IMG/VR virus record: IMGVR_UViG_3300046837_000115 | Coordinates: 1 to 56,031 of that record | DNA: 56,031 nt | From: a virus | Taxonomy: Duplodnaviria > Caudoviricetes | Reading direction: 5' to 3' (one strand) | Shown here: positions 17,938 to 27,800 of the stretch, piece by piece | Position numbering within the stretch: the stretch's first letter is position 1 | How the letters are laid out: each line of letters begins with the position of its first letter | The notes under the pieces: model-generated | The model's database searches: none | What the model saw: only the letters and a program-made list of their open reading frames with translations | Told to the model about the DNA's origin: nothing | Position numbers and translations under genes: made by a program

Positions 17938-20900
17938 TCGTTCCGAAGATTGCTGCCTGCATGATCGTGAAGAACTCCGAGCAGGTGATCGAGAAGGCGC
18001 TGGAGTCGATCCGCCCCTACGTGGACGGGATCTTCATCTACGACACCGGGTCGACCGACAACACCCGAGACGTGCTGGCCGCCCTGGCGAAGATAACGCA
18101 CTGCGGCAAAGACGACGAGGGCGACCTGATGGCCGCCGCACCGATCACCGTGAAACAGGGCGAGTGGCGCGACGACTTCTCGTGGGCGCGTGAGCAGTCG
18201 TTCGCGATGGCGAACGATCCGGGGGAAGACTTCACCCACTACCTGTGGCTGGACGACGACGACGAGATCGTCGGCGCCTCCAACCTCCGCCACCTCGCGG
18301 CGAACATGCCGGAGGACATCCACGCGCTGTCGTTCTACTACGACTACGCCCGCGACGAGGACGGGAACAACGTCTGCCAGCTGTGGCGGGAACGGCTGAT
18401 CTGGCGGCACGCCGACTACCACTGGGTCGAGCCCGTCCACGAGTGCTACGTCCCCCGAGAAGGACAGGCACGACTGTCACCGGTCCCTCCGGGCGTGACG
18501 CACTGGAAGCACCATCGGCCAGCCACCGACCGGTACGACCCGTCCAGGAACCTCGACATCCTTCATGCCTGTCGCGAGAAGGCGGAGGCCGCTGGGGAGG
18601 AGATCAGCCCACGCATCCTCGCCTATCTCGGCACCGAGTACATGGCGAAAGGCGATTTCACCGAGGCCGTCAAGTGGCTCGACCTGTACACCAAGCGTGA
18701 CGACGCCGGGTGGTCGGACGAGCGCTGCCAGGTACGGCACAAGCTCGCGCTGTGCTTCCGCGCGATCGGGAACACGGAGGCGGCGATCAACTGCGAGTTC
18801 ACCGCGATCCGTGAACGCGACACATGGGCGGAGAACTCGATCGGGTTGGCGGCGTGCTTCGCGTCGATCGGCCGGTGGGACCGGGCGGAACACTGGGCGA
18901 AGCAGGCGCTCGCGATCGGCCTGCCGCAGTCACCGCTGATCCTGAACCCGGTCGAGCACAACCTGTTCCCGTGGCTGATCCTCACCGACGCGTACCTGAA
19001 CCGGCAGTCGTACGAGGAGGCGCAGGCCGCCATCGCGAAAGCGCTGGAGGTCGCGCCGATCGACGACGTCAAGGAGAAAAAGCAGGAGGTCGACGTGGCG
19101 GCCAACACCGCCGAACTCGTCGGCGCCGCGCTGATGCTCCGGGAGATCCTGATCCGGCACGACGAAAACCTCAAGGCGTACGACCTGCTGAAATCGGTGC
19201 CGTACGTGATCGAGGACGACCCGAGGATCGTGCACGCCCGCTCGTCCGCGCGCCTTAACATCATCCACGCGGTCGAGCCGGACGAGTACACCCGCTGGTA
19301 CAAGGACGTCCCGAAAGAGTCCACGGTCGGCGACGAGCACGTCGACCAGATAGACCAGTACATCGAGCGGGTCGCGTACCTCGCCGAAGGACTCGCAGAG
19401 CAGGAGACGGAGCTAGGCAGGAAGCCGGAGGTTCTCGACCTCGGCTGCAACGACTTCTGGTTGGAGTGCTTCCTCTGGAAACGCTACGGCATCCACGCCG
19501 ACGGGGTCGAGTTGAACAAAAAGTCGTTTGACCTCGGGCTGAAACGGCGGCGGAAATTCAAGGCGCCCGGCAAGCTACACCACGGCAACCTTCACGACGC
19601 CGCCAAGATCACCGGCAAGAAATACGACGCCGTCGTCCTGTTCGAGGTGCTCGAACACGTCCCTGACATGTCCGCCACCCTCGCGGTGTGCGAGTCGATG
19701 CTGAACCCCGGCGGCCGCGTGTACCTGACGACGCCGAACGGTGCGTTCGACCGCGGCATGATCGACTGGGAACGCGTCGAGCCGAAGGGACACCTCCGCG
19801 CGCTCACGGCAGGGCAGCTGGCCGACCTGCTGCTCACACGCGGGCAGATCGACGACTACCGCGTCCACTGCAACGGACGGCTCACGTTCGCCCGATACAA
19901 GGCACAACCCGCGAAATCGACGGTGAACTTCTACCTGGGCGGCCAGTGGGAGCCCTGGAGCCCGGCGTCGTTGAAAGACGGCGGCATCGGCGGGTCAGAG
20001 ACCGCCGCCGTGCAGGTCGCGACCCGGCTGGCCGCCAGGGGCCACCGGGTTCGCGTCTTCTCCAGCTCCGAGGAAGGACTGGCCGGTGGGGTGCTGTACC
20101 GGCCTCACACGTCATGGGACCCGACGGAGACCACCGACCTCCTCATCGTGTCGCGGTTGGCGCACGTGTTCGACAACCCGATCGGCGCCAGGAAGACCGC
20201 GCTCTGGTGCCACGACCACTCCTACCCGAACGAGCTGACGGCGGAACGCGCGGGGAAGATCGACCATATCGTCACCCTGACCGAGTGGCAGCGGGCGAGG
20301 TTCGCCCGCCTCTACCCGTGGACGGAGAACCGTCTGCGGGTGATCGGGAACGGCATTTCCTACAGGGAGATCGACAGCGGGGAGCCGCGCTATCCGAACG
20401 CCTACAGGCCTTTCGGTGAGCGGCTCCCCCGTGTCGTCTTCAGCCACTCCGCCGACCGTGGCCTGGACGTGATGCTCGACCTGTGGCCGCGGATCCGCGA
20501 GCGGGTGCCGGACGCAGAACTCCACGTGTTCTACGGGTTCAACACCATGGACAGGCTGCTGCCGTTCAGCCCGAACCTCGCCGCCTACAAGGGGGCGCTG
20601 CTGGAGAAGGCGAAGGAGCTTGGCGGCGAAGAGGGCGGCGTGTTCCTCCGCGGCCGTGTCGGACAACTCGAACTCGCCGAGGAGATGCAACTCGCCCGGA
20701 TGGAGGGCTACCCGACTGCGTTCCTCGAAACGTTCTGTATCACCGCCCTTGAAGCGCGGGCGGCCGGGCTGCCGATGCTCACCTCCGACCTCGGCGCGTT
20801 GCGTGAGACCGTCGGCGACCACGGGATCCTCCTGCCATGGGGTCCGGACGAGGACGAGCCCTGCAACCAGACCCCGGAATATCAGGACCGCTGGGTTCAT

Positions 20901-21062
20901 CTGGCGTGCGACCTGTTGACAGACGAGACGGTCTGGAACCACTGGCACGAGTGCGCTCTCCTTGGCGCGGAGCTTCTGGATTGGGACCACAAGGTCGCCA
21001 GCTGGGAGCTGTTGGTCGGTGGCGCGACGGCGAAGGCACGGAGGGAGAAGGTAGCCGCGTGA
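17934..21062 (+). CDS. Multidomain glycosyltransferase: GT2 + TPR-like helices + class I SAM methyltransferase + GT4-like (GT-B)
   Basis: CMIVKN, YDTGSTD, W.DDFS.AR, WLDDDD, VHE; VLDLGC and FEVLEH..PGG.VYLTTPN; GIGGSET, HSADRGL, ETFCITALEA. Confidence 0.88.
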   Translation: MIVPKIAACMIVKNSEQVIEKALESIRPYVDGIFIYDTGSTDNTRDVLAALAKITHCGKDDEGDLMAAAPITVKQGEWRDDFSWAREQSFAMANDPGEDFTHYLWLDDDDEIVGASNLRHLAANMPEDIHALSFYYDYARDEDGNNVCQLWRERLIWRHADYHWVEPVHECYVPREGQARLSPVPPGVTHWKHHRPATDRYDPSRNLDILHACREKAEAAGEEISPRILAYLGTEYMAKGDFTEAVKWLDLYTKRDDAGWSDERCQVRHKLALCFRAIGNTEAAINCEFTAIRERDTWAENSIGLAACFASIGRWDRAEHWAKQALAIGLPQSPLILNPVEHNLFPWLILTDAYLNRQSYEEAQAAIAKALEVAPIDDVKEKKQEVDVAANTAELVGAALMLREILIRHDENLKAYDLLKSVPYVIEDDPRIVHARSSARLNIIHAVEPDEYTRWYKDVPKESTVGDEHVDQIDQYIERVAYLAEGLAEQETELGRKPEVLDLGCNDFWLECFLWKRYGIHADGVELNKKSFDLGLKRRRKFKAPGKLHHGNLHDAAKITGKKYDAVVLFEVLEHVPDMSATLAVCESMLNPGGRVYLTTPNGAFDRGMIDWERVEPKGHLRALTAGQLADLLLTRGQIDDYRVHCNGRLTFARYKAQPAKSTVNFYLGGQWEPWSPASLKDGGIGGSETAAVQVATRLAARGHRVRVFSSSEEGLAGGVLYRPHTSWDPTETTDLLIVSRLAHVFDNPIGARKTALWCHDHSYPNELTAERAGKIDHIVTLTEWQRARFARLYPWTENRLRVIGNGISYREIDSGEPRYPNAYRPFGERLPRVVFSHSADRGLDVMLDLWPRIRERVPDAELHVFYGFNTMDRLLPFSPNLAAYKGALLEKAKELGGEEGGVFLRGRVGQLELAEEMQLARMEGYPTAFLETFCITALEARAAGLPMLTSDLGALRETVGDHGILLPWGPDEDEPCNQTPEYQDRWVHLACDLLTDETVWNHWHECALLGAELLDWDHKVASWELLVGGATAKARREKVAA

Positions 21063-21253
21063 AAGCCTCGCCTCTCAACGGGTTCGTGAAAGCAGACCCC
21101 GCACTGCTGCTCGCGTGCGGGCATGTCGCCTCCGGCTGGACGGACATCGTCTGGCAGCCGCACGGCGAAACGAACCAGGTGCCGTTCTTCGTGTGCCGTG
21201 AGGGCTGCGGAGCGCAGGACTGGGTTCCCGACCCCGAACTCGTCACCGCCTAG
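21059..21253 (+). CDS. Small Cys-containing hypothetical protein
   Basis: GTGA overlap; CGH...CREGC. Confidence 0.5.
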   Translation: MKASPLNGFVKADPALLLACGHVASGWTDIVWQPHGETNQVPFFVCREGCGAQDWVPDPELVTA

Positions 21254-21748
21254 ATGCCGTACCTCGCAGCAACCGAACTAACGTCGATTCTGCCGTGGGG
21301 AGCGACGATCGGCGACACGACGTATCCGCTCAATCTCGGGGAGGTCGCCTCCATCTGCGACGAGGTGTCCGCCGAACTCGACGGCGCCGTGTCCGCGGCC
21401 GGGTACACGGTCCCGATCGGCACAGCGGCACCGCTCGCGCTGTCCCAGATGAAACGGTGGACGAAGTTCGGCGCCGGGGCGATCGTCATGGAGACCCTGT
21501 TGCCGAACGTCGGCGGTGTAGGCGGCAAGTCGTCGCCGATCGCCGACAGGTGGCAGACCGCGTACGACAACGCGATCAAGGCGATCGAGGACGGCAAGTT
21601 CGCGCTCCCAGGTGTCGCCAAGGACTCGGGGGAGACGGGGCGGGCGCTGCCGCGAAGCTACACGACGTCGCATCCGTCCGATGACGTGTTCGTGTCCGGG
21701 TATCAGAGCGGGGCGAGCGTGTTCATCCCGATCGACTGGATGCCGTAG
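21254..21748 (+). CDS. Head-tail adaptor (Mu gp36-like)
   Basis: MPY start, ELDG...AGY.VP, AIKAI.DGK..LPG; position. Confidence 0.7.
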   Translation: MPYLAATELTSILPWGATIGDTTYPLNLGEVASICDEVSAELDGAVSAAGYTVPIGTAAPLALSQMKRWTKFGAGAIVMETLLPNVGGVGGKSSPIADRWQTAYDNAIKAIEDGKFALPGVAKDSGETGRALPRSYTTSHPSDDVFVSGYQSGASVFIPIDWMP

Positions 21749-22249
21749 ATGCCCAGGGGTGTCGGCCCGACGTCGAGCGGCAAGGGCGGCGTCGCGATCG
21801 ACTTCGAGCCCCCCATTGAGTTCATCCTCAAGCAGGCCGGGGCGTTCCGGCGCAGGCTGGAGGAGTTCGCGTCGTTGTGGGAGCTGTTCAAGCCGATCAT
21901 GGGAGCCTACGAGCAGGAGGTGTTCTCGACCCACGCTCACGGCGCGTGGCCCGAACTGGCCCAGTCGACATTGAGGTACAAGACCGGCGAGCTGATGGTC
22001 GAGTCGGGAGCTTTGCGAGCGTCGCTCGTCGACCCCGGGCAGGCCATGCATATTCAGGGTCGCAGTGCCTGGTACGGCACCGAGGTCGAGTACGCCCATT
22101 GGCACCAGGACGGAGGGTCGATCCCCGGCCGACCGCCGCAGCGTCAGCTGATCGAGGATCCGTTCCCGACCAGCACCCGACGGGAGCTTGAGGCGGCAAC
22201 GATCACATGGGTCAACGTGCTCGCACGTGAGACGTGGGGGCTGATCTGA
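21749..22249 (+). CDS. Virion morphogenesis / tail completion protein (Mu gpG-like)
   Basis: W..LA..T, L..SG.LR.SL, GT.VEYA.WHQ.G...PQR motifs. Confidence 0.8.
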   Translation: MPRGVGPTSSGKGGVAIDFEPPIEFILKQAGAFRRRLEEFASLWELFKPIMGAYEQEVFSTHAHGAWPELAQSTLRYKTGELMVESGALRASLVDPGQAMHIQGRSAWYGTEVEYAHWHQDGGSIPGRPPQRQLIEDPFPTSTRRELEAATITWVNVLARETWGLI

Positions 22250-22250
22250 C

Positions 22251-22781
22251 ATGGCGCCCGCCCAACTTCAGCTGTCCGAGCCGGTCATCGACGCCGCCCT
22301 CACGAAACTCCGGGCGGGCATGGCGTCCAGGCTGCAGGCGATCAACACACAGTTCGCGGACAACATGCCGCTATGGATCCCGAGCGATTCCGACTTCTAC
22401 TTCGCCGGTGTCGCCGACAGCGCCCCGATACCGCTCGTCGTCGTCACCGACGGAGGCACCGGAGACCAGGGAAGATTCGCCGAGGAAGGGCCGCACTCGC
22501 TCGCGATCCAGCTCCAGCTCGTGATCCTCGTGTGCGACCAGGATGCCGACCGGCAACGGCTCGCCCGGAAACTCCTGCGGCTAGAGCGCGCCGTCACCGA
22601 AGTCCTCTACGACGACGAACCGAAAGAACAGCTCGTCGTCACCGTCGACGGCGTCACGAACTACCCGTATATCCGTCCGGCCCGTCTCGTACCTGGGCCG
22701 GTGTTCAACCCGGAGGACGACTCAAGCATGTTCCGGCAATGGAGGATCGTCGTCTTCGACGTCCTGAAGTACGAGAACTAA
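22251..22781 (+). CDS. Putative tail terminator
   Basis: Size and position directly before the tail tube gene. Confidence 0.55.
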   Translation: MAPAQLQLSEPVIDAALTKLRAGMASRLQAINTQFADNMPLWIPSDSDFYFAGVADSAPIPLVVVTDGGTGDQGRFAEEGPHSLAIQLQLVILVCDQDADRQRLARKLLRLERAVTEVLYDDEPKEQLVVTVDGVTNYPYIRPARLVPGPVFNPEDDSSMFRQWRIVVFDVLKYEN

Positions 22782-22796
22782 AGGAGCTGATGACAC

Positions 22797-23786
22797 ATGG
22801 CGATCTCGACCGCCGACCCGAACGCCTTTCTGGCGGTCGGGATGCAGTCCGCCCTAGGGACGCCGCAGACAACAGCAGGGAAGCTGCGGTTCGCGAAGTA
22901 CCTCTCGGGCACGAACTTCAACGACGCCCCCGAGGTCGTCTTCCTCCGCGAGGGCGGAGACGGCCTCGACTGGGGGTTCGGCTACAAGAAGAGCCAGAAG
23001 ACGGAGGGGCAGATCGTCATCAACCTCCGTCCGGAGATCACCGGACAATTGTTCCAGGGGATGCCCGCCGGTGCGACATGGGGCGGAGCCTCCCTGATGG
23101 CACAGCATATTTTCATGACCGGCCACGCGTCGTTCCCTTGGATGACGCTGTTCTGCCAGTTCCCCGGCTCGACGATGATCCACATGATCTCCGACGTCCT
23201 GTTCACCGGGTTCACCGTGGAGGCCATGTCGGGGGAGCCGCTGAAGCTGACGCTGCCGTTCATCGGCATCAACCACGGCGCCTCAGCGGCGGCGATCGTG
23301 CCGACGTACATCAACGAGAACCCGTTCATCTACCACTTCAACCCGTCCTACCAGATCGACGGCGCGGCCGACTCGGCGATCAACAGCTGGAAGATCGACG
23401 CCGGTCTCGGGATCGAAGAGCTGCAGGCGCAGTCGTTCAAGCTCGACGACATCGCCGTCCAGAACCGCGACTTCAACTTCGAGGTCACCCGTAGGTACAC
23501 GAACTCGTCGCAGTGGTCGAAGATCCTGTTCGGAGGCGGCATCGTCGCCACGAACACGGTGCCGACCGGGGCGTTTCGTGCCTACAACAACTACGGTGCC
23601 ACCCCCGCGTTCGCGAGTATCGACTTCAACCTGCCGCTGATCGGGTACGCGGACGACAACCTGACCGAGCTGGACCCGGACGGCAAGACCGTCTACGAGA
23701 CAGTCACCGGGAAGGCGCTGAAGTCAGCGACGCACGCGATGATCGTCACGCTGAACAACACGCACGCCTCCGCCTACGCCTCCTAG
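22797..23786 (+). CDS. Major tail tube protein
   Basis: AAGGAG RBS; 329 aa, beta-rich; upstream of chaperone and tape measure. Confidence 0.75.
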   Translation: MAISTADPNAFLAVGMQSALGTPQTTAGKLRFAKYLSGTNFNDAPEVVFLREGGDGLDWGFGYKKSQKTEGQIVINLRPEITGQLFQGMPAGATWGGASLMAQHIFMTGHASFPWMTLFCQFPGSTMIHMISDVLFTGFTVEAMSGEPLKLTLPFIGINHGASAAAIVPTYINENPFIYHFNPSYQIDGAADSAINSWKIDAGLGIEELQAQSFKLDDIAVQNRDFNFEVTRRYTNSSQWSKILFGGGIVATNTVPTGAFRAYNNYGATPAFASIDFNLPLIGYADDNLTELDPDGKTVYETVTGKALKSATHAMIVTLNNTHASAYAS

Positions 23787-23807
23787 CCTGCCGGAGAACC
23801 TAGCGAT

Positions 23808-23857
23808 GACGGCCCCGTCTGCCCTCGCCTCAACAGGGCGGGCGGGCGGGGCCGTTT
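23808..23857. terminator. GC-rich hairpin between convergent genes
   Basis: GACGGCCCCGTCTGCCC...GGGCGGGCGGGGCCGTTT inverted repeat. Confidence 0.6.
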
Positions 23858-24086
23858 AGCGTCCGCCGAATACGTCCTCGTGGAATTGCTCCCACCTGTC
23901 ACGCGGCCCATGCTCTGTCTCGGGTTCAAGTGGCGGGAGCAGGAAGATCATCAGGACGCCGATCCAGCCGAGCAGCAAACCCCACGCCCACCCGTTCCGG
24001 TTCCTGACGTCGCCTTGTGCGACGCACACCCAGACGGGGAGAATCCATAGGACGGTGACGGCGACGAGTACCTCGATGACTGTCAT
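23856..24086 (-). CDS. Small two-TM membrane protein (moron-like)
   Basis: GGAGG RBS and TATAGT -10-like box upstream on the minus strand; RNGWAWGLLLGWIGVL.I.LLP motif. Confidence 0.7.
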   Translation of the reverse strand: MTVIEVLVAVTVLWILPVWVCVAQGDVRNRNGWAWGLLLGWIGVLMIFLLPPLEPETEHGPRDRWEQFHEDVFGGR

Positions 24087-24134
24087 GTCGCCTCCCTTCT
24101 GACTTCACTATACCTCCCTTTTAGGAGCCCGCCC

Positions 24135-24614
24135 ATGCCCGCCCGCATCGTGAACATGGACGACCTCGTCCCCGACGAGCTTGTCTTCAACTACCACGGC
24201 AAGGACTACCGACTGCCCGGCGACATCGACACAGAGACGGTGTTCACGCTTGAGCAGTTGCTTATCGAGATGGCCGAGGCGGAGGGGGATGTCCTCACCG
24301 CGATGGCGGCCAACGTCGAGTCGACTTCGGCTGCCGCTACGAAGAAGGCGCAGGCCGACCAGAAGAAGGCGAAGGAGCATCAACGCCGGGTGACCCGGAA
24401 GACGGAGGCGGAGATCCTCGGCCTGTTCCAGGTCAACCACCCGGAGCTTGAGAAGCTGCCGTTCGGCGTGGTCGGCTTCACGGTCGTGCTCACCTATGTG
24501 CTGGCCGAACTCGGGTTCGCTCAGGCGCCCGCACCGGACCCTACGCCGCCGAGGCCGAACAGGGAGACGAGGAGAGCGAAGTCTCGGCCATTGAATACAT
24601 CGCGGTCCTCGTAG
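24135..24614 (+). CDS. Tail assembly chaperone
   Basis: AGGAG RBS; position before the tape measure. Confidence 0.75.
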   Translation: MPARIVNMDDLVPDELVFNYHGKDYRLPGDIDTETVFTLEQLLIEMAEAEGDVLTAMAANVESTSAAATKKAQADQKKAKEHQRRVTRKTEAEILGLFQVNHPELEKLPFGVVGFTVVLTYVLAELGFAQAPAPDPTPPRPNRETRRAKSRPLNTSRSS

Positions 24615-24802
24615 ACGAGTTCAGGTTCCAGCCGGACTACTGGCGACGCGGCGGCGGCAAACCACGCGGCGGCATGCCTTGGCGTGAGTTCCGCGCCTGG
24701 ATGACGCTCGCGGCGAAACGCAGGCTGGGACGGACGGTCGCGCAGCGGAACGAAGAGCTGCGGCAAGAGTGGGTGCAGCGCAAGCCGGAGGGGAGGCGTT
24801 AG
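24536..24802 (+). CDS. -1 frame extension of the tail assembly chaperone (gpGT-like)
   Basis: -1 frame open from GGACCCTAC: ...AIEYIAVLVDEFRFQPDYW...MPWREFRAW...; its TAG abuts the tape measure ATG. Confidence 0.6.
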   Translation, partial: GPYAAEAEQGDEESEVSAIEYIAVLVDEFRFQPDYWRRGGGKPRGGMPWREFRAWMTLAAKRRLGRTVAQRNEELRQEWVQRKPEGRR

Positions 24803-27800
24803 ATGGCCGAGTCGACCGTCAGGGTGATGTTCCTCGGCGACGCCGCCGGACTATCCGCCGCGACGAAGAAGGGCGAGGCCAGCTTCGGCGCGCTCGGTCG
24901 GGCCGCGAAACTCGCTGGGACGGTGATGGCGGCCGGGCTCGGTATCGCGGTCGTTGAGTCGGTCAAGCTCGCCGTCCAGTTCCAGAAGTCGATGACGATG
25001 ATCCAGACCCAGGCGGGGGCGTCCGCGGCCGAGGTGAAGAAGCTGTCCGGGGAGGTGTTGAAGCTGGCGCCGAAGGTCGGCACCGGCCCCGACGCGCTAG
25101 CGCAAGGGCTGTTCCATCTGGAGTCGCAGGGTCTCCGGTCCGCGAAGGCGATGGACGCGTTGAAGATCGCCGCCGAAGGGGCGAAGGTCGGCAACGCGAA
25201 CCTCGAAGACGTCACCAACGCGTTGGGTGCTGTGATGGTGTCCGGGATCAAGGGCGCCGGTGACCTAAACAACGTGATGGGCGAGCTGAACGCCACGGTC
25301 GGCGCCGGTGACATGCGGATGCAAGACCTCGCCGACGCGCTCGGGACAGGTCTTGCCGCAAAGGCCAAGGTCGCCGGGGTCTCGATCAGGGACATCTCTT
25401 CCGCCCTCGCCGTGTTCGGTGACAACAACATCCGGGGCGCCCAGGCCGGGACGCTGCTCGGTTCGACGATCAGGATCATGGCCGCCCCGTCCGGTGCTGC
25501 CGCGAAAGCGCTGAAGAGCGTCGGGATCTCCGCCACCGAACTCGCGGACGACATCAGGAACAGGGGGCTGGTCGCCGCGATTCAGGACCTGAAAAGTCAC
25601 CTTGAGTCCGCTGGGCTAACAGCGTCGGAGCAGGCCCGCGTGTTGACGCAGGCGTTCGGCGGCCGCCAGTCGACCGGCGTCCAGATCCTCGTCGGGCAGT
25701 TGGAGCGGCTGAAGACGAAGGAGCAGGAGGTCGCGGACGGCGGTAACAAGTTCGGGGCGGCGTGGAAGGCAACCACGGACACGCTGAAGTTCCAGCTGGA
25801 CAAGACGAAGGCGTCGCTTGAGGCGGCCGCGATCCCGATCGGGAACCTGCTGCTCCCGGCTTTGGGGGCGGCAGCCGGGAAGGTTGCCGATTTCGCGGGG
25901 GCGGTGCAGGCGCACATGCCGGAGATCAAGGCGGCATTCGGGGACATCTCGTCGGCGATCGGGGATGTGGGGTCCAAACTTGCTGGTCTCGCCACGTCGC
26001 CGACGGGGATGTCGGCGATCGGTGCGATTGCGGCGGGCGGACTGACCGCCAAAGGCATCGTCGGGGTCAGTGGCGCGATCGCGGGACTCGGCAGCATGTT
26101 GGGCAGGCTCGGCCCGTGGGGACTCGCCGCCTCGGCCGCTATCGGGTTGATCACGTTTGCGTTCATCCGCAGCCGCTTCCAGGTCAACGAGTTCGACGAC
26201 GCCGTCAAGAAGATCCAGAGCACACTCTCAGGCACTCAAAGTGCTGTAGCGCAACATACGGCCGCGGTGAACCAGCTCTCCCAGGCGCATTTGAACGTGA
26301 AGACGTCGGGGGAGCAGCTGCGGGCGGCGGAGCAGGCGCTGGGGGCCTTGTGGCGCGCCGGGAAGGTGGGAACGGATGAGTACACCAAGGCGCAGGATGT
26401 TCTGACGCAGGCCAAGATCAACTCGCGGGTGGCGTCCGCAGAACTCAAGGCGGCAGAGCAGAACGAGGGGAATACGCGGAAAGCGCAGACTAAGGCGATC
26501 AGCGATCAGAAGGATGCGTTTGCGGCGCTCGACAAGAAGTCCGCCGACCTGTCTGGGAGATACGACCGGCTGATAGCCCAGAACAAAACCTTGGCGCAGG
26601 GCGGCTCGGTCGTGTCGCAGCAGCAACGCACCTACAACAAGGAGCTGATGGCGGGGTTGGTAGACAACTACGCGTCGTCGATCTCCAAGCTGCGCGGCGC
26701 GCTGGGGCTGTCCGGGGTGAGCGCCAGAGACGTCAGCAAAGCCGTGCACGAGATCGCCAACCAGATCCACGGGATCCCTCCGCTGAAAGAAGTGCTGGTG
26801 AGGTTGAGGGTGCAGCAACTGTTCGTGACCATATGGGACACGATCCGGCGTACAACCACGCAAGTAACAAAGCCTCTTGCGGGTAGGGCGGGCGGCGGGT
26901 TCGTGCCCGGGTCGTCGCCGGGGGCGCCGACGTTGATCCTGGCGCACGCGGGCGAGGTTGTGTTGAACCAGCAGCAGCAGGAAGCGCTCGGAGGTCAGCA
27001 GGCGATCGCGTCGATGTTCGGGTTCACCGGCCAGGAGGGGCCGGGGTTCGCGTCCGGCGGCATCGTCCGCAGCCGGAAAAGCCCGCACCACTCCCCGAAA
27101 TACACGAAGCCGCTGCGGCGCGCGACGGCGGCGGTGAACCGCGTGAACGCGGCGTTGTCGGCGATCGCCGACGTGATCCAGCGCACCGACCGCTCCTACG
27201 GGCAGCAGGTCCGTGAGGACGACATCACGCAGGAGCAGTTCCTTGTTGATGTGCCGGACGGGAAGGGCGGCACCGTCACCGTCCTCGACAAGGACGCCGT
27301 CGCGCAAAGGTTGAAGGAGATCGCCGGGCTTGTCGGGATGCGAGGCGACATGCTCGCCCTGTTGGACGAGAAGAAGGCCGATTTGGACGAGGCCGTGAAG
27401 GACATGACGATCGCGATCGCTGCGGTGAAGAAGGCGATCGAGGAGGAGCAGAAGGCGATTGCGGCGGACACGAAAGAGATCAAGGAGCTGAACGACGACA
27501 TCAAGAAGCGGCAGGCACGGGTTGACGATGACCGGAAGGAGATCCGGGAGCAGAACAAGGCGATCGCCGACCTCCGCGACAAGGAGAGCGGGGCGCGGAA
27601 GCGGCTGGCTGCGGAGCGGGCGAAGAAGAAGCCGGACAAGGCCGTGGAGGCGAGGATCGTCGCGGAGATCGCCGGGTACGAGAACCAGATCGACAGCCGC
27701 GACGACCGCAAGAAGGTGCTGTCCGACGATGTCGCGACCCAGATCATCGGTGAGCGGAAGGACCGGAACAGGATCAGTGCGGTCACCGCCGACCGTGAGA

